Assembly: GCA_900617105.1 (NCBI GenBank)
Contig: UYFQ01000001.1
Location: forward strand, 2,728,001 to 2,792,000
DNA from: Hydrurus foetidus
Lineage: Eukaryota
Direction of reading: 5' to 3'
DNA length: 64,000 nucleotides
Under the pieces are notes generated by a model, which was given only the letters and a program-made list of their open reading frames with translations, searched no databases and was not told where the DNA came from. Shown here one piece after another: positions 16,668 to 29,156 of this stretch. The translations under genes and the position numbers were made by a program. The number at the start of each line of letters is the position of its first letter. Position 1 is the first letter of the stretch.

Positions 16668-17306
16668 GTGAACGCGCATACCCAAAAATCAACCGTTCAA
16701 GGCGCCGCGGGCGCCATTGAAGTCGCGATCGATTTGCCTGCTGATGCGCAAGCATCAAAGGGCGTGGCCGTCATTGCCCACCCGCACCCGCTGTTTGGCG
16801 GCACGCTAGACAACAAGGTCGTGCAAACGCTGGCTCGAGCCTTTACCCAATGCGGCTGGACGGCAGTGCGGTTTAACTTTCGCGGCGTGGGCTTGAGCGC
16901 TGGCGCACATGACGAAGGCCGGGGCGAACTAGACGACATGCTGGCCGTTGCTGCGCAACTGGCGCCAACCGGTGCGCTGTGTTTGGCGGGGTTTTCATTC
17001 GGCGCTTTTGTCACCACCCATGCGTTTGCCAAGCTGCACGCTGCAAGGCAAATCGACAAACTGGTGCTTGTTGGCACCAGCGTAAGCCGCAGTACAGCAG
17101 CGCAGATTGATGTTGCCGCGCACGGCAAAACTATCGTTATTCACGGCGAGGTCGACGACACGGTGGAGCTAAGTGCCGTGATGGACTGGGCGCGGCCGCA
17201 ATCACTTCCCGTTACGGTTGTGCCGGGGGGCGGGCATTTCTTTCACGGACAATTGCCGCTTCTTAAAAGCTTGGTGGTGCGCCACCTGTCTTCTACTCTT
17301 TTCTAG
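16668..17306 (+). CDS. Alpha/beta hydrolase
   Basis: HPHPLFGG, FNFRGVG, GFSFG and GHFFHG motifs. Confidence 0.9.
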   Translation: MNAHTQKSTVQGAAGAIEVAIDLPADAQASKGVAVIAHPHPLFGGTLDNKVVQTLARAFTQCGWTAVRFNFRGVGLSAGAHDEGRGELDDMLAVAAQLAPTGALCLAGFSFGAFVTTHAFAKLHAARQIDKLVLVGTSVSRSTAAQIDVAAHGKTIVIHGEVDDTVELSAVMDWARPQSLPVTVVPGGGHFFHGQLPLLKSLVVRHLSSTLF

Positions 17307-17342
17307 CTTTTTATCTAGTCTTCCTAGTCATCGGATTTGTTC

Positions 17343-18521
17343 ATGTTCAGTTTTCCCAAAGCCGCCCTCGGCTTGTTCGTGTTTGCTTGCACCACTGTTT
17401 TTGCCCAAGCCCCCCAGCCGCCCGAACTCGCCGCCCGCGCCTACCTGCTGCTAGACGTCACGGCCAATCAAATTTTGGCCGCTAAAGATATAGACGCGCC
17501 TCTAGAGCCCGCGTCATTGACGAAGCTGATGACCGAGTACCTGGTGTTTGAGGCACTTAAATCAAAAAAAATCGAGCTAAAGCAAACCCTGCCCGTCAGC
17601 GAACGCGCCTGGAAAATGCCGGGCTCCCGCATGTTCATTGACCCCAAAATGCTCGTGCCGGTTGAAGACCTGATCAAAGGCATGGTTGTGCAGTCAGGCA
17701 ACGACGCCACCATGGCGCTGGCCGAGGGCGTGGGCGGCACGGCTGAAAAGTTTGTGCAAAAGATGAACGAACAAGCCAAAGCGCTGGGTATGACCAAAAC
17801 CAGCTACAAAAACCCGGAAGGCCTGACCGAGCCTGGCCACACCACTACCGCGCGAGATTTAAGCATTTTGTCGATCCGACTGATGCGCGACTTCCCCGAA
17901 TACGTCGGCTTTTCAGCGATTAAAAAATACCGCTACCCCGGCACACCCGCCGCCAACGACACCAACCGCAACACCCTGCTGTTTAGAGACCCCAGCGTTG
18001 ACGGCCTAAAAACCGGCCACACCGAAGCCGCCGGCTACTGCATGATTGCCACTGCCAAGCGCGACTTTCCCAACCTGGGTGCAGCGGGTAGCCCAGGCCC
18101 ACGCCGCCTGCTGGCCATCGTGCTGGGCACAGCCAGTGACAGCGCCAGAGCCAACGAATCGCAAAAGCTTCTTAACTGGGGCTACACCGCATTCGAGGCG
18201 GTCAAGCTGTTCGACGCAGGCCAGGTCGTGGCCAGCCCGAATGTGTGGAAGGGCAAAAGCAACGTGGTCAAGTTGGGCCAGGCCAACGCGATAGTGGTGG
18301 CCGTGCCTGCGGGCAGCGCAGCCAAACTAAAAACCGTCGTCGCCCGCCCCGAGCCGCTGGTCGCACCCTTCATTAAAGGCCAAGCTATCGGCAGCCTGAA
18401 AATCACGTCAGGCGACAACCCTACAGTGGTGGCAGAAACGCCGCTTTATGCGCTGGAGGCGGTTGAAGAGGCGGGAGTGATTGGCCGGGCTTGGGATGCT
18501 GTGAGGTTGTGGATTAAATAA
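17343..18521 (+). CDS. D-alanyl-D-alanine carboxypeptidase (PBP5/6 family)
   Basis: SLTK, SGN and KTG motifs; signal peptide. Confidence 0.92.
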   Translation: MFSFPKAALGLFVFACTTVFAQAPQPPELAARAYLLLDVTANQILAAKDIDAPLEPASLTKLMTEYLVFEALKSKKIELKQTLPVSERAWKMPGSRMFIDPKMLVPVEDLIKGMVVQSGNDATMALAEGVGGTAEKFVQKMNEQAKALGMTKTSYKNPEGLTEPGHTTTARDLSILSIRLMRDFPEYVGFSAIKKYRYPGTPAANDTNRNTLLFRDPSVDGLKTGHTEAAGYCMIATAKRDFPNLGAAGSPGPRRLLAIVLGTASDSARANESQKLLNWGYTAFEAVKLFDAGQVVASPNVWKGKSNVVKLGQANAIVVAVPAGSAAKLKTVVARPEPLVAPFIKGQAIGSLKITSGDNPTVVAETPLYALEAVEEAGVIGRAWDAVRLWIK

Positions 18522-18527
18522 GCAGGT

Positions 18528-18556
18528 TTGCCACCAAAACCCGAAACTGCTACACT
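18528..18556 (+). promoter_or_regulatory. str operon sigma70 promoter
   Basis: TTGCCA-N17-TACACT upstream of rpsL. Confidence 0.6.
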
Positions 18557-18683
18557 CACAGGCTTTTCTGGAAATACAGAGAGAGATTCGTTTTCGCGGC
18601 CAATCCGACAGTTGGCCCAATGAATCTGTCGATTTTCGAACGAAGAATTCACGTTAAGTATCACGTTTTAGGGACGTTTTTAA

Positions 18684-19061
18684 ATGCCAACCATTAACCA
18701 GCTAGTGCGCCAAGGCCGTGAGGTCGAGGTCATCAAGTCGAAGAGTCCTGCTATGCAGAACTCTCCGCAGCGCCGCGGTGTGTGCACACGTGTGTACACC
18801 ACGACGCCTAAAAAGCCAAACTCCGCTCTGCGTAAAGTCGCCAAAGTGCGCTTGACCAACGGGTTTGAAATCATTTCCTACATCGGCGGCGAAGGCCACA
18901 ACCTGCAGGAACACAGCGTAGTGCTGGTTCGTGGCGGTCGTGTCAAGGACTTGCCCGGTGTGCGTTACCACATCGTTCGTGGTTCGCTCGACTTGCAAGG
19001 CGTGAAAGACCGCAAGCAGTCGCGCTCCAAGTACGGTGCGAAAAAGCCAAAGGCAAAATAA
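18684..19061 (+). CDS. rpsL: 30S ribosomal protein S12
   Basis: [13 protein letters not shown]. Confidence 0.99.
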   Translation: MPTINQLVRQGREVEVIKSKSPAMQNSPQRRGVCTRVYTTTPKKPNSALRKVAKVRLTNGFEIISYIGGEGHNLQEHSVVLVRGGRVKDLPGVRYHIVRGSLDLQGVKDRKQSRSKYGAKKPKAK

Positions 19062-19224
19062 GCTTTCTCAAAAATATACAAGGTGCTGCTTTTCTGCATG
19101 GCGCAGAAGAGTCAGCGTAGTGACCCGAAGAAACAATCCCGTTTTTAAGGTCGAGTAAGTGAAAACCAAAATGGTTTTCGCGGTATCAAGCGATTGATGC
19201 CAACTGAAGCAAAGAGGTGAAAAC

Positions 19225-19698
19225 ATGCCACGTCGTCGCGAAGTCCCTAAACGTGAAATTCTTCCGGATCCGAAATTTGGCGATGTCGATCTCGCCAAAT
19301 TCATGAACGTCATCATGCAAGGCGGCAAAAAAGCCGTTGCAGAACGCATCATTTACGGTGCACTTGAGTTCATTGAAAAGAAAAACCCAGGTAAAGACCC
19401 GCTCGAGGCCTTCCACATGGCCATGGGCAACATCAAGCCGATGGTTGAAGTAAAGTCCCGCCGCGTGGGTGGTGCTAACTACCAGGTGCCGGTCGAAGTT
19501 CGCCCGGTTCGCCGTATGGCTTTGGCCATGCGTTGGTTGAAAGAAGCCGCCAAAAAGCGTGGTGAAAAGTCCATGTCGTTGCGCTTGGCCAACGAATTAA
19601 TGGAAGCCACCGAAGGCCGCGGCGGCGCGATGAAAAAGCGTGACGAAGTTCACCGCATGGCAGAGGCCAATAAGGCATTCAGCCATTTCAGGTTCTAA
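19225..19698 (+). CDS. rpsG: 30S ribosomal protein S7
   Basis: MPRRR...[11 protein letters not shown]. Confidence 0.99.
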   Translation: MPRRREVPKREILPDPKFGDVDLAKFMNVIMQGGKKAVAERIIYGALEFIEKKNPGKDPLEAFHMAMGNIKPMVEVKSRRVGGANYQVPVEVRPVRRMALAMRWLKEAAKKRGEKSMSLRLANELMEATEGRGGAMKKRDEVHRMAEANKAFSHFRF

Positions 19699-19845
19699 GC
19701 TCTCGCTTCCAAGTTTTAATTTTTGCCAGTTGCCAGCAGCCGCTTTTCGGTTACTGCCAGCTGGCAACAGTGTTTGTCACATGCACTCGTCATCATGCAT
19801 GCCTACTGACACCCGTTTGTTCGCAACCCCGAACTGAAAGTTTTT

Positions 19846-21948
19846 ATGCCCCGCGCTACCCCCATTGAAAACTACCGCAATATCGGTATTTCTGCCCACA
19901 TCGATGCTGGTAAAACCACCACCACCGAACGCGTTTTGTTCTACACCGGCGTGAACCACAAAATTGGTGAAGTTCACGACGGTGCCGCCACCATGGACTG
20001 GATGGAGCAAGAGCAGGAACGCGGCATCACGATCACGTCTGCGGCTACCACCTGCTTCTGGAAAGGCATGGACAAGTCCCTGCCTGAGCACCGCATCAAC
20101 ATCATCGACACACCTGGCCACGTTGACTTCACGATTGAAGTCGAGCGCTCAATGCGCGTGCTGGACGGCGCCTGCATGGTGTACTGCGCTGTGGGTGGCG
20201 TACAGCCTCAATCTGAGACGGTTTGGCGTCAGGCCAACAAATACAAAGTGCCGCGCCTGGCCTTTGTCAACAAAATGGACCGCACTGGTGCCAACTTCTT
20301 CAAAGTCGTTGAGCAAATGAAACTGCGCCTGAAAGCCAGCCCTGTGCCAATGGTGATTCCAATTGGCGCTGAAGAAAACTTCACCGGCGTGGTCGACCTG
20401 ATCAAAATGAAAGCCATCATTTGGGACGAAGCTTCACAAGGCATGAAGTTCGACTACCGCGAAATTCCGGCTGAGCTCGTTGAGCTGGCTAAAGAATGGC
20501 GCGAAAAGATGGTTGAAGCCGCTGCTGAAGCGTCTGAAGAATTCATGAACAAATACCTTGAAGAAGGTGACTTGACTGAAGACGAAATCAAACTCGGCAT
20601 TCGCACTCGCACCATTGCCAGCGAAATCCAGCCGATGTACTGCGGCTCCGCTTTCAAAAACAAAGGCGTTCAGCGCATGCTGGATGCTGTGATTGAATTC
20701 ATGCCGTCGCCGATAGATATTCCACCTGTCAAGGGCATGGACGAAGACGAAGCGCCGGTCACCCGCAAGGCTGACGACGGCGAGAAGTTTTCTGCGCTCG
20801 CGTTTAAATTGATGACTGACCCATTTGTGGGCCAGCTCACTTTCGTGCGCGTTTACTCTGGCGTGTTGAAAAAAGGCGACAGCGTTTACAACCCGATCAA
20901 GGGCAAGAAAGAACGTATCGGCCGTATTGTGCAAATGCACGCGAACAACCGTGAAGAAGTCAGCGAAATCCGCGCTGGCGACATCGCAGCTTGCGTGGGT
21001 CTGAAAGACGTCACCACGGGTGAAACCCTGTGTGACCCGGATGCCATCGTCATGCTGGAGCGCATGGTGTTCCCTGAGCCAGTGATCACCCAGGCGGTCG
21101 AGCCAAAAACCAAAGTCGACCAGGAAAAAATGGGCATCGCCCTGCAGCGTTTGGCGCAAGAAGATCCTTCGTTCCGCGTCAAAACCGACGAAGAGTCTGG
21201 CCAGACATTGATCGCCGGTATGGGCGAGCTGCATCTGGAAATTATTGTTGACCGCATGAAGCGCGAGTTTGGCGTGGAAGCCAACGTCGGCAAGCCCCAG
21301 GTGGCTTATCGCGAAACCATTCGAAAGATCATCGAAGACGCTGAAGGCAAGTTCGTTCGTCAATCGGGCGGTAAAGGCCAGTACGGCCACGTTGTCCTGA
21401 AAATTGAGCCGAATGAGCCGGGCAAGGGTATTGAATTTGTCGACGCCATCAAAGGCGGAACTGTGCCGCGCGAATACATTCCTGCGGTCGAAAAAGGCAT
21501 TCATGAAGCTGTGACTTCAGGCGTGCTTGCTGGCTACCCGGTAGTTGACGTGAAAGTCACGCTGCACTTTGGTTCATACCACGACGTGGACTCGAACGAG
21601 ATGGCCTTTAAAATGGCTGCGATTTTCGGCTTCAAAGAAGGCTGCCGCAAGGCCAGCCCGGTGATTTTGGAGCCGATGATGGCGGTTGAAGTTGAAACGC
21701 CTGAAGACTACGCCGGCAACGTGATGGGCGATTTGTCCTCACGCCGCGGCATGGTGCAAGGCATGGAGGACATGGTTGGTGGCGGCAAAGCCATCAAGGC
21801 GGAAGTGCCGCTGTCTGAAATGTTTGGCTACTCAACGACACTGCGCTCGATGTCGCAAGGCCGTGCCACTTACACGATGGAATTCAAACACTATTCGGAA
21901 GCTCCGCGTAACGTGTCGGAAGCCATCATGGCCGCGAGAGCCAAGTAG
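19846..21948 (+). CDS. fusA: Elongation factor G
   Basis: [19 protein letters not shown]. Confidence 0.99.
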   Translation: MPRATPIENYRNIGISAHIDAGKTTTTERVLFYTGVNHKIGEVHDGAATMDWMEQEQERGITITSAATTCFWKGMDKSLPEHRINIIDTPGHVDFTIEVERSMRVLDGACMVYCAVGGVQPQSETVWRQANKYKVPRLAFVNKMDRTGANFFKVVEQMKLRLKASPVPMVIPIGAEENFTGVVDLIKMKAIIWDEASQGMKFDYREIPAELVELAKEWREKMVEAAAEASEEFMNKYLEEGDLTEDEIKLGIRTRTIASEIQPMYCGSAFKNKGVQRMLDAVIEFMPSPIDIPPVKGMDEDEAPVTRKADDGEKFSALAFKLMTDPFVGQLTFVRVYSGVLKKGDSVYNPIKGKKERIGRIVQMHANNREEVSEIRAGDIAACVGLKDVTTGETLCDPDAIVMLERMVFPEPVITQAVEPKTKVDQEKMGIALQRLAQEDPSFRVKTDEESGQTLIAGMGELHLEIIVDRMKREFGVEANVGKPQVAYRETIRKIIEDAEGKFVRQSGGKGQYGHVVLKIEPNEPGKGIEFVDAIKGGTVPREYIPAVEKGIHEAVTSGVLAGYPVVDVKVTLHFGSYHDVDSNEMAFKMAAIFGFKEGCRKASPVILEPMMAVEVETPEDYAGNVMGDLSSRRGMVQGMEDMVGGGKAIKAEVPLSEMFGYSTTLRSMSQGRATYTMEFKHYSEAPRNVSEAIMAARAK

Positions 21949-21984
21949 TAGAAAAACATAGACGTCCCGGCCAGCGGATGCCGT

Positions 21985-22004
21985 GGATCTGGCTTTGCCA
22001 GTCC
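21985..22004 (+). repeat. Hairpin repeat R3 (inverted copy at 41365-41384)
   Basis: GGATCTGGCTTTGCCAGTCC, exact 20-bp match. Confidence 0.75.
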
Positions 22005-22168
22005 ACCAGCGTCGCCCCTTGAGGGGAGGCGCCGGTAGGCGCTACAGGGTGAGCGTCAACTAGCTGTCTGCGATTGTGTGCCTCTTGCTGCCCGTGGCAA
22101 GAGAACTAGCAACACAGTGCAAACATTAAACCTGTCACGGGCACGTTCTTTTTATTGGAGTATTTGAA

Positions 22169-23359
22169 ATGGCAAAAGGCAAATTTGAGCGGACCAAACC
22201 GCACGTCAACGTCGGCACGATCGGCCACGTCGACCACGGCAAGACCACGCTGACCGCAGCAATCACCACCGTGCTGGCAGCCAAGTTCGGCGGCGAAGCC
22301 AAAGGCTACGACCAAATTGACGCAGCACCAGAAGAAAAAGCCCGCGGCATCACGATTAATACTGCCCACGTCGAGTACGAGACGGCTAATCGCCACTACG
22401 CCCACGTAGACTGCCCAGGCCACGCCGACTATGTCAAGAACATGATCACTGGTGCTGCCCAGATGGACGGCGCTATTTTGGTGTGTTCCGCCGCTGACGG
22501 CCCAATGCCCCAAACCCGCGAGCACATTTTGTTGGCTCGTCAGGTGGGCGTTCCTTACATCATCGTGTTTTTGAACAAATGCGACATGGTTGACGACGCA
22601 GAGCTGCTGGAACTGGTTGAAATGGAAGTTCGCGAGCTGCTCGACAAATACGACTTCCCAGGCGACGACACCCCGATCATCCACGGCTCAGCAAAATTAG
22701 CCATGGAAGGCGACAAAGGCCCGTTGGGCGAAGAAGCCATCATGAAGCTGGCCGACGCACTGGACACTTACATCCCGATGCCTAAGCGCGCCATTGACGG
22801 CGCCTTCCTGATGCCTGTTGAAGACGTGTTCTCCATCTCCGGTCGCGGCACCGTGGTGACTGGCCGTATCGAGCGCGGTGTGGTCAAAGTCGGCGAAGAG
22901 ATCGAAATCGTCGGTATTGCCGATACCCAAAAGACCATTTGCACCGGTGTCGAGATGTTCCGCAAACTGCTCGACCAGGGCCAGGCAGGTGACAACGTCG
23001 GTATCTTGCTTCGCGGCACCAAGCGCGAAGACGTCCAGCGTGGTCAAGTGTTGTGCAAGCCAGGCTCAATCAAGCCCCACACCCACTTCACGGGCGAGAT
23101 CTATGTCTTGTCCAAAGACGAAGGTGGTCGCCACACGCCGTTCTTCAACAACTACCGCCCCCAGTTCTACTTCCGCACAACGGACGTGACCGGTGCGATT
23201 GAGTTGCCAGAAGGCAAAGAGATGGTGATGCCGGGCGACAACGTGAGCATCACGGTCAAGCTGATCAACCCGATTGCGATGGAAGAGGGCTTGCGCTTTG
23301 CTATCCGTGAAGGTGGCAAGACCGTGGGTGCTGGCGTGGTTGCGAAGATTATTGCTTAA
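22169..23359 (+). CDS. tuf: Elongation factor Tu
   Basis: [20 protein letters not shown]. Confidence 0.99.
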   Translation: MAKGKFERTKPHVNVGTIGHVDHGKTTLTAAITTVLAAKFGGEAKGYDQIDAAPEEKARGITINTAHVEYETANRHYAHVDCPGHADYVKNMITGAAQMDGAILVCSAADGPMPQTREHILLARQVGVPYIIVFLNKCDMVDDAELLELVEMEVRELLDKYDFPGDDTPIIHGSAKLAMEGDKGPLGEEAIMKLADALDTYIPMPKRAIDGAFLMPVEDVFSISGRGTVVTGRIERGVVKVGEEIEIVGIADTQKTICTGVEMFRKLLDQGQAGDNVGILLRGTKREDVQRGQVLCKPGSIKPHTHFTGEIYVLSKDEGGRHTPFFNNYRPQFYFRTTDVTGAIELPEGKEMVMPGDNVSITVKLINPIAMEEGLRFAIREGGKTVGAGVVAKIIA

Positions 23360-23368
23360 GGAATCATC

Positions 23369-23683
23369 ATGGCCACCAAGCAAAAAATCCGTATCCGCCT
23401 CAAAGCGTTTGACTACAAACTCATTGACCAGTCAGCTGCTGAAATTGTTGACACCGCCAAGCGCACCGGTGCGATTGTCAAAGGCCCGGTGCCTTTGCCA
23501 ACCCGCATGAAGCGTTTTGACATTCTGCGTTCACCGCACGTCAACAAGACCAGCCGTGACCAGTTGGAAATCCGCACTCACCAGCGCCTGATGGACATCG
23601 TTGACCCCACCGACAAAACTGTCGATGCGTTGATGAAGCTCGATTTGCCAGCCGGTGTCGACGTAGAAATCAAACTGCAATAA
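23369..23683 (+). CDS. rpsJ: 30S ribosomal protein S10
   Basis: IRIRLKAFD...RSPHVNK. Confidence 0.99.
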   Translation: MATKQKIRIRLKAFDYKLIDQSAAEIVDTAKRTGAIVKGPVPLPTRMKRFDILRSPHVNKTSRDQLEIRTHQRLMDIVDPTDKTVDALMKLDLPAGVDVEIKLQ

Positions 23684-23714
23684 GTCATTTTTTAAAGAAT
23701 CCGTAGCCTAGCGC

Positions 23715-23744
23715 TTGCCATCAAGGTAAGTGCCGGGCTATAAT
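23715..23744 (+). promoter_or_regulatory. Internal sigma70-like promoter upstream of rplC
   Basis: TTGCCA-N18-TATAAT. Confidence 0.55.
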
Positions 23745-23859
23745 CCAAAGCTTCGCTAAAAACGGTAAAAGTTTCAGCGAAGTTTTATTAACTGTCTTCT
23801 ACGCAAAAACGCCTGTAGCCAATTGAAGTTGCAGCGGTAGAAGTTACGAAAGAAAAATC

Positions 23860-24543
23860 ATGAGTCTGAGCAACTCCCTCGGGTTGCTGGGTCGCAAGGT
23901 GGGCATGATGCGTCTGTTCACTGATGATGGGGATACCGTTCCTGTCACAGTGGTTGATGTATCAAACAACCGTGTTACCCAGGTTAAAACCGAAGCAAAT
24001 GACGGCTACAGTGCACTGCAAGTTGCATTCGGTTCGCGCAAAGCATCGCGCGTGACCAAGCCGGCCGCTGGCCACCTTGCGAAGGCAGGCGTTGAAGCTG
24101 GTGAAGTTATCAAAGAATTCCGCGTGACCGCTGATGTCGCAGGCCAATACGCCGCGGGTACTGTTGTGCCGGCGGCTTCTGTGTTTGCAGTTGGCCAACT
24201 GGTGGATGTGCAAGGCACTTCGATTGGTAAAGGCTTTGCCGGCACCATCAAGCGCCACAAAATGAGCTCGCAGCGCGCGTCGCACGGTAACAGCCGTTCG
24301 CACAACGTGCCCGGCTCGATTGGTATGGCGCAAGATCCTGGCCGTGTGTTTCCTGGAAAACGCATGACGGGTCACTTGGGTGATGTCACCAAAACCACGC
24401 AAAACCTGAACATTGTTCGCATTGACGAAGCTAGGCAATTGCTGATGATTCGCGGCGCTGTGCCAGGTTCAAAAGGTGGTTTTGTCACGGTTCGTGCCGC
24501 TATCAAGACCAAACCTGCAGCTGCAGCAAAAGGAGCGAACTGA
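23860..24543 (+). CDS. rplC: 50S ribosomal protein L3
   Basis: [11 protein letters not shown]...[10 protein letters not shown]. Confidence 0.99.
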   Translation: MSLSNSLGLLGRKVGMMRLFTDDGDTVPVTVVDVSNNRVTQVKTEANDGYSALQVAFGSRKASRVTKPAAGHLAKAGVEAGEVIKEFRVTADVAGQYAAGTVVPAASVFAVGQLVDVQGTSIGKGFAGTIKRHKMSSQRASHGNSRSHNVPGSIGMAQDPGRVFPGKRMTGHLGDVTKTTQNLNIVRIDEARQLLMIRGAVPGSKGGFVTVRAAIKTKPAAAAKGAN

Positions 24544-25163
24544 TGCAAGTTGAACTCCTGAACGACCAGGGTATTGCCTCATCCAAAGTGGATGTGCCTG
24601 ATACCGTATTCGGTCGTGAATACAACGAAAGCCTGATTCACCAGGTGGTCGTGGCCTTCCAGGCTAATGCCCGCCAAGGAACTCGCGCTCAAAAAGACCG
24701 TGAGCAAGTTCGTCACTCGACCAAAAAGCCCTTTAAACAAAAAGGTACGGGTCGTGCACGTGCTGGTATGACATCTTCCCCGCTGTGGCGCGGCGGCGGT
24801 CGTATTTTCCCGAACATGCCTGACGAGAACTTCACACAAAAAATCAATAAAAAGATGTATCGCGCCGGTATGGCGTCGATCTTCTCCCAGCTGGCACGCG
24901 AAGGCCGCTTGTCTGTGGTTGATTCTTTGACTGTTGACTCACCCAAGACCAAAGTTCTGGCTGACAAATTCAAAGCCATGAATTTAAGCTCGGTATTGGT
25001 TATCGCCGACGTGGTCGACGAAAACCTGTACCTGGCTTCACGCAACCTGGTGAACATTTTGGTGGTTGAGCCACGTTACGCCGATCCGGTGTCATTGGTT
25101 CACTACAAAAAGGTTCTGGTCACCAAGGCCGCCATGGACCAACTCAAGGAGATGTTCGCATGA
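24543..25163 (+). CDS. rplD: 50S ribosomal protein L4
   Basis: [10 protein letters not shown]. Confidence 0.99.
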   Translation: MQVELLNDQGIASSKVDVPDTVFGREYNESLIHQVVVAFQANARQGTRAQKDREQVRHSTKKPFKQKGTGRARAGMTSSPLWRGGGRIFPNMPDENFTQKINKKMYRAGMASIFSQLAREGRLSVVDSLTVDSPKTKVLADKFKAMNLSSVLVIADVVDENLYLASRNLVNILVVEPRYADPVSLVHYKKVLVTKAAMDQLKEMFA

Positions 25164-25495
25164 GCGCCCTTAATCCTGCCACCCACAAAGTCAAATTCGA
25201 CGAAGGCCGCTTGATGCAGGTTTTGGTTGCACCCATCGTGAGCGAAAAAGCCACGATGATTGCCGAAAAAACCAACTCGGTGACCTTCAAGGTGCTGCAA
25301 GACGCTACCAAATATGAAATCAAAGCCGCAGTGCAATTGATGTTCAAGGTAGATGTTCAATCAGTTGCCGTCCTTAACATCAAAGGCAAGACCAAGCGCT
25401 TTGGCAAATCAGTAGGCCGCCGGGACAACCTGCGCAAAGCCTATGTGACGCTCAAGCCAGGTCAAGAACTCAACCTCGGTGGGGAGTCCGCATAA
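25160..25495 (+). CDS. rplW: 50S ribosomal protein L23
   Basis: PIVSEKA...RKAYVTL. Confidence 0.98.
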   Translation: MSALNPATHKVKFDEGRLMQVLVAPIVSEKATMIAEKTNSVTFKVLQDATKYEIKAAVQLMFKVDVQSVAVLNIKGKTKRFGKSVGRRDNLRKAYVTLKPGQELNLGGESA

Positions 25496-26319
25496 TGGCT
25501 GTTATTAAAATGAAACCCACCTCGCCGGGTATGCGCGGCATGGTGCGAATCTCGCGTGACCACTTGCATAAAGGTGAGCCTTACGCACCGCTGTTGGAGC
25601 CGCAATTCCAGAAGTCGGGTCGCAACAACAACGGTCACATCACGGTGCGTCACAAAGGTGGCGGTCACAAGCACCACTACCGTGTGGTCGATTTCAAGCG
25701 CAGCAAAGACGCCATTCCGGCCAAAGTCGAACGCATTGAGTACGACCCCAACCGCACGGCTCACATTGCTCTCATCTGCTACGCAGACGGCGAGCGCGCC
25801 TACATCATTGCCCCACGTGGCCTTGAAGTCGGTGCAACCTTGCTTAGCGGCTCTGAGGCACCGATTCGCGTCGGTAACGCTTTGCCCATTCGCAATATTC
25901 CTGTCGGCTCAACGATTCACTGCATCGAGATGCAAATTGGCAAAGGCGCACAGATTGCGCGCTCAGCCGGTACATCTGCAACGCTGCTGGCTCGCGAAGG
26001 CACTTACGCCCAGGTGCGTATGCGCTCGGGTGAAGTCCGCAAGATCCACATCGAATGCCGCGCCACCATTGGTGAAGTGGCTAACGAAGAGCACAGCCTG
26101 CGTCGCCTCGGCAAAGCCGGTGTCAAGCGCTGGATGGGTATTCGCCCAACCGTTCGCGGTGTGGTCATGAACCCGGTCGATCACCCACACGGTGGCGGCG
26201 AAGGCAAGACCGGCGAAGGCCGTCACCCAGTCGATCCATGGGGTAACCTGACCAAAGGCTACCGCACCCGCAACAACAAGCGCACGCAAGTGATGATTGT
26301 TTCGCGTCGCAAGAAGTAA
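25495..26319 (+). CDS. rplB: 50S ribosomal protein L2
   Basis: [13 protein letters not shown]. Confidence 0.99.
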   Translation: MAVIKMKPTSPGMRGMVRISRDHLHKGEPYAPLLEPQFQKSGRNNNGHITVRHKGGGHKHHYRVVDFKRSKDAIPAKVERIEYDPNRTAHIALICYADGERAYIIAPRGLEVGATLLSGSEAPIRVGNALPIRNIPVGSTIHCIEMQIGKGAQIARSAGTSATLLAREGTYAQVRMRSGEVRKIHIECRATIGEVANEEHSLRRLGKAGVKRWMGIRPTVRGVVMNPVDHPHGGGEGKTGEGRHPVDPWGNLTKGYRTRNNKRTQVMIVSRRKK

Positions 26320-26328
26320 GGTTAAGCC

Positions 26329-26607
26329 ATGACACGTTCACTTAAAAAAGGTCCCTTTGTCGACCACCACTTGGTAGCCAAGGCTGATAAAGCCGTTACC
26401 AACAAAGACAAAAAGCCGATCAAAACCTGGTCGCGCCGCTCCATGATCCTGCCCGAGTTCATCGGCTTGACCATCGCCGTGCACAACGGCAAGCAGCACG
26501 TCCCTGTTTACATCACCGATCAAATGGTTGGCCACAAGTTGGGAGAGTTTGCACTCACCCGGACTTTCAAAGGTCATCCGGCTGACAAAAAAGTTGTGAG
26601 AAAGTAA
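26329..26607 (+). CDS. rpsS: 30S ribosomal protein S19
   Basis: RSLKKGPF...GHKLGEF. Confidence 0.99.
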   Translation: MTRSLKKGPFVDHHLVAKADKAVTNKDKKPIKTWSRRSMILPEFIGLTIAVHNGKQHVPVYITDQMVGHKLGEFALTRTFKGHPADKKVVRK

Positions 26608-26617
26608 GGAAAAGACC

Positions 26618-26947
26618 ATGGAAACACGTGCAACCCTCCGGGGCGTTCGTCTGTCGGTCGACAAGGGCCGTTTGGTCGCTGATTTGATCCGCGGTAAAAA
26701 AGTAGATCAAGCGCTCAACATCCTGACCTTCACTCAGAAAAAAGCGGCTGGCATTATCAAAAAAGTGGTTGAGTCCGCTATTGCCAACGCTGAACACAAC
26801 GATGGCGCTGACATCGACGATTTGAAGGTTAAAACCATCTACGTCGAACAAGGCGCAACGCTCAAGCGTTTTTCTGCCCGCGCCAAAGGCCGCGGCAACA
26901 GCATCAGCAAGCCCACGTGCCATGTGTACGTGGTCGTCGGCAACTAA
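26618..26947 (+). CDS. rplV: 50S ribosomal protein L22
   Basis: SAIANAEHN...RAKGR. Confidence 0.99.
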   Translation: METRATLRGVRLSVDKGRLVADLIRGKKVDQALNILTFTQKKAAGIIKKVVESAIANAEHNDGADIDDLKVKTIYVEQGATLKRFSARAKGRGNSISKPTCHVYVVVGN

Positions 26948-26957
26948 AGGCAGGACT

Positions 26958-27893
26958 ATGGGACAAAAAATCAACCCAACAGGCTTTCGCCTTTCGGTTA
27001 GCCGCAACTGGTCAAGCCGCTGGTACGCCAGCAACCGAGATTTTGCTGGCATGCTGGCTGAAGACATCAAGGTGCGCGAGTACCTGAAAGCTAAACTCAA
27101 GAGCGCCGCTGTGTCGCGCGTTCTGATTGAGCGCCCTGCCAAAAACGCCCGTATCACGATTTTCTCGGCTCGTCCGGGCGTCGTCATCGGCAAAAAAGGC
27201 GAGGACATCGAGAACCTCAAGAAAGAACTGTCACGCCAGTTGGGTGTGCCAGTTGCCGTGAACATTGAAGAAGTTCGCAAGCCTGAAATTGATGCCAAAC
27301 TGATTGCAGACAGCATCACCCAACAGCTTGAAAAACGCATCATGTTCCGCCGTGCCATGAAGCGCGCCATGCAAAACGCCATGCGTTTGGGTGCCTTGGG
27401 CATCAAGATCATGTCTTCTGGCCGCCTGAACGGTATTGAAATCGCTCGTTGCGAGTGGTACCGCGAAGGCCGCGTGCCCCTCCACACCCTGCGTGCCGAC
27501 ATTGACTACGGTACCTCTGAAGCCAAAACCACTTACGGTGTGATTGGCGTCAAGGTCTGGGTCTACAAAGGCGATACGCTGGGCCGTGGTGATTCACCGG
27601 GTGCCCGCATGATTGATGTGCCGCCAGATGATGACCGCAAGTCACGCGGCCCGCGCCGTGATGCACGCCCGGGTGATCGTCCCGGTGGTGACCGTCCTTC
27701 GGCGCAGCGTGGAGCTGCCGGCGCAGGCGGAGCTCGCGCTCCCCGTGCGCCGATGGGCACCAACACCGCGCCAGCAGATGGCAGCGACAAGCCGGCTGAA
27801 GCTACTCCAGGTAGCGACGCCCCGAAAACCACCGTTAAGCGCGTCCGTAAAGCCGCGCCAGCTGCAGCAGCTGACGGTGCCAAGACCGAGTAA
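26958..27893 (+). CDS. rpsC: 30S ribosomal protein S3 (long C-terminal extension)
   Basis: [11 protein letters not shown]...[14 protein letters not shown]. Confidence 0.99.
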   Translation: MGQKINPTGFRLSVSRNWSSRWYASNRDFAGMLAEDIKVREYLKAKLKSAAVSRVLIERPAKNARITIFSARPGVVIGKKGEDIENLKKELSRQLGVPVAVNIEEVRKPEIDAKLIADSITQQLEKRIMFRRAMKRAMQNAMRLGALGIKIMSSGRLNGIEIARCEWYREGRVPLHTLRADIDYGTSEAKTTYGVIGVKVWVYKGDTLGRGDSPGARMIDVPPDDDRKSRGPRRDARPGDRPGGDRPSAQRGAAGAGGARAPRAPMGTNTAPADGSDKPAEATPGSDAPKTTVKRVRKAAPAAAADGAKTE

Positions 27894-27918
27894 TCGGTTA
27901 GAACAACGGAGAATTTAA

Positions 27919-28335
27919 ATGCTGCAACCCGCACGTAGAAAATACCGCAAAGAACAAAAAGGTCGTAATACCGGCGTTGCCACTCGTGGCAGTTCGGTCG
28001 CTTTCGGCGATTTTGGTCTGAAATGCACCGACCGTGGCCGCCTGACGGCCCGTCAAATCGAAGCCGCACGCCGTGCGATTTCGCGTCACGTCAAACGTGG
28101 CGGCCGTATCTGGATCCGCGTCTTCCCAGACAAGCCGATTTCCCAAAAGCCTGCAGAGGTTCGCATGGGTAACGGTAAAGGTAACCCAGAGTACTATGTG
28201 GCTGAAATTCAGCCCGGCAAGATCGTGTTTGAAATCGTGGGCGTGCCAGAAGCACTGGCCCGTGAAGCTTTCACACTCGCCGCTGCCAAACTGCCCCTGC
28301 GCACCACATTTGTGGCCCGCATGATTGGCCAGTAA
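27919..28335 (+). CDS. rplP: 50S ribosomal protein L16
   Basis: RMGNGKG. Confidence 0.99.
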   Translation: MLQPARRKYRKEQKGRNTGVATRGSSVAFGDFGLKCTDRGRLTARQIEAARRAISRHVKRGGRIWIRVFPDKPISQKPAEVRMGNGKGNPEYYVAEIQPGKIVFEIVGVPEALAREAFTLAAAKLPLRTTFVARMIGQ

Positions 28336-28351
28336 TCAGGAGACTATGCAA

Positions 28352-28567
28352 ATGAAAACTACTGAATTACGCCAAAAAGACGTTGCCGGTTTGAAAGTTG
28401 AAGTCAAAGAGCTGCAAAAAGCCCACTTCGGCTTGCGCATGCAAAAGGCCACGCAACAACTCAACAACACCGCTACGCTGCGTTCAACACGCCGTTCAAT
28501 CGCCCGGGCAAAAACTATTTTGACCGAAACCATCGCGTCAAATGTTGCTAAACAAGGAGCTAAATGA
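28352..28567 (+). CDS. rpmC: 50S ribosomal protein L29
   Basis: MKTTELR...RRSIARAKT; operon position. Confidence 0.97.
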   Translation: MKTTELRQKDVAGLKVEVKELQKAHFGLRMQKATQQLNNTATLRSTRRSIARAKTILTETIASNVAKQGAK

Positions 28568-28860
28568 TGACTGAAGTAACTAGCGCGGTGAACACTGCAG
28601 TTAAGAAGTCCCTCAAGCGCACCTTGATCGGCAAAGTCGTGAGCGACAAGCGCGCCAAGACCGTGACGGTGTTGGTTGAGCGCCGCGTCAAGCACGAGCT
28701 GTACGGCAAGATTGTTTCGCTGTCGAGCAAGTACCACGCGCACGACGAAAAGGGCGAGTACAAAACTGGCGACATGATTGAAATTACCGAAAGTCGCCCG
28801 ATTTCTAAGACCAAAAACTGGGTTGTGACCCGTTTGGTTGAGAAAGCGGCTGTCGTCTAA
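28564..28860 (+). CDS. rpsQ: 30S ribosomal protein S17
   Basis: GKVVSDK...ESRPISKTK. Confidence 0.99.
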   Translation: MMTEVTSAVNTAVKKSLKRTLIGKVVSDKRAKTVTVLVERRVKHELYGKIVSLSSKYHAHDEKGEYKTGDMIEITESRPISKTKNWVVTRLVEKAAVV

Positions 28861-28908
28861 CGGCTGTCTGGCTTGTCTGGCTTGTCCGAAGATAGCCAGG
28901 CTGAAAAA

Positions 28909-28941
28909 TAAAACGGCTCACGATGTGGGCCGTTTTTGTTT
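28909..28941 (+). terminator. Rho-independent terminator of the S10 operon
   Basis: AAAACGGCTCAC-GAT-GTGGGCCGTTTT followed by T tract. Confidence 0.8.
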
Positions 28942-29036
28942 CGTCCGGCGTGATAGCCGCCATCCCCATCCCCATTCCAGCCTGAATTCAGAGTTAAAAC
29001 TAAACTAAGCATTCTCCTTAAAAACCGGTTTTTACC

Positions 29037-29142
29037 CTTCTCACTTCTCACTTCTCACTTCTCACTTCTCACTTCTCACTTCTCACTTCTCACTTCTCAC
29101 TTCTCACTTCTCACTTCTCACTTCTCACTTCTCACATTCTCA
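29037..29142 (+). repeat. Heptanucleotide tandem repeat (CTTCTCA)14 plus one imperfect unit
   Basis: 98 bp perfect array at 29037-29134. Confidence 0.97.
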
Positions 29143-29156
29143 ACCCGGAGCAAAAC

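Noticed and set aside
27580..27893. Long low-complexity RpsC tail as a novelty
   Set aside because: C-terminal S3 extensions are common in Betaproteobacteria.
19964..28814. Long antisense and alternate-frame ORFs over fusA, tuf and ribosomal genes
   Set aside because: Expected from codon bias in highly expressed genes.
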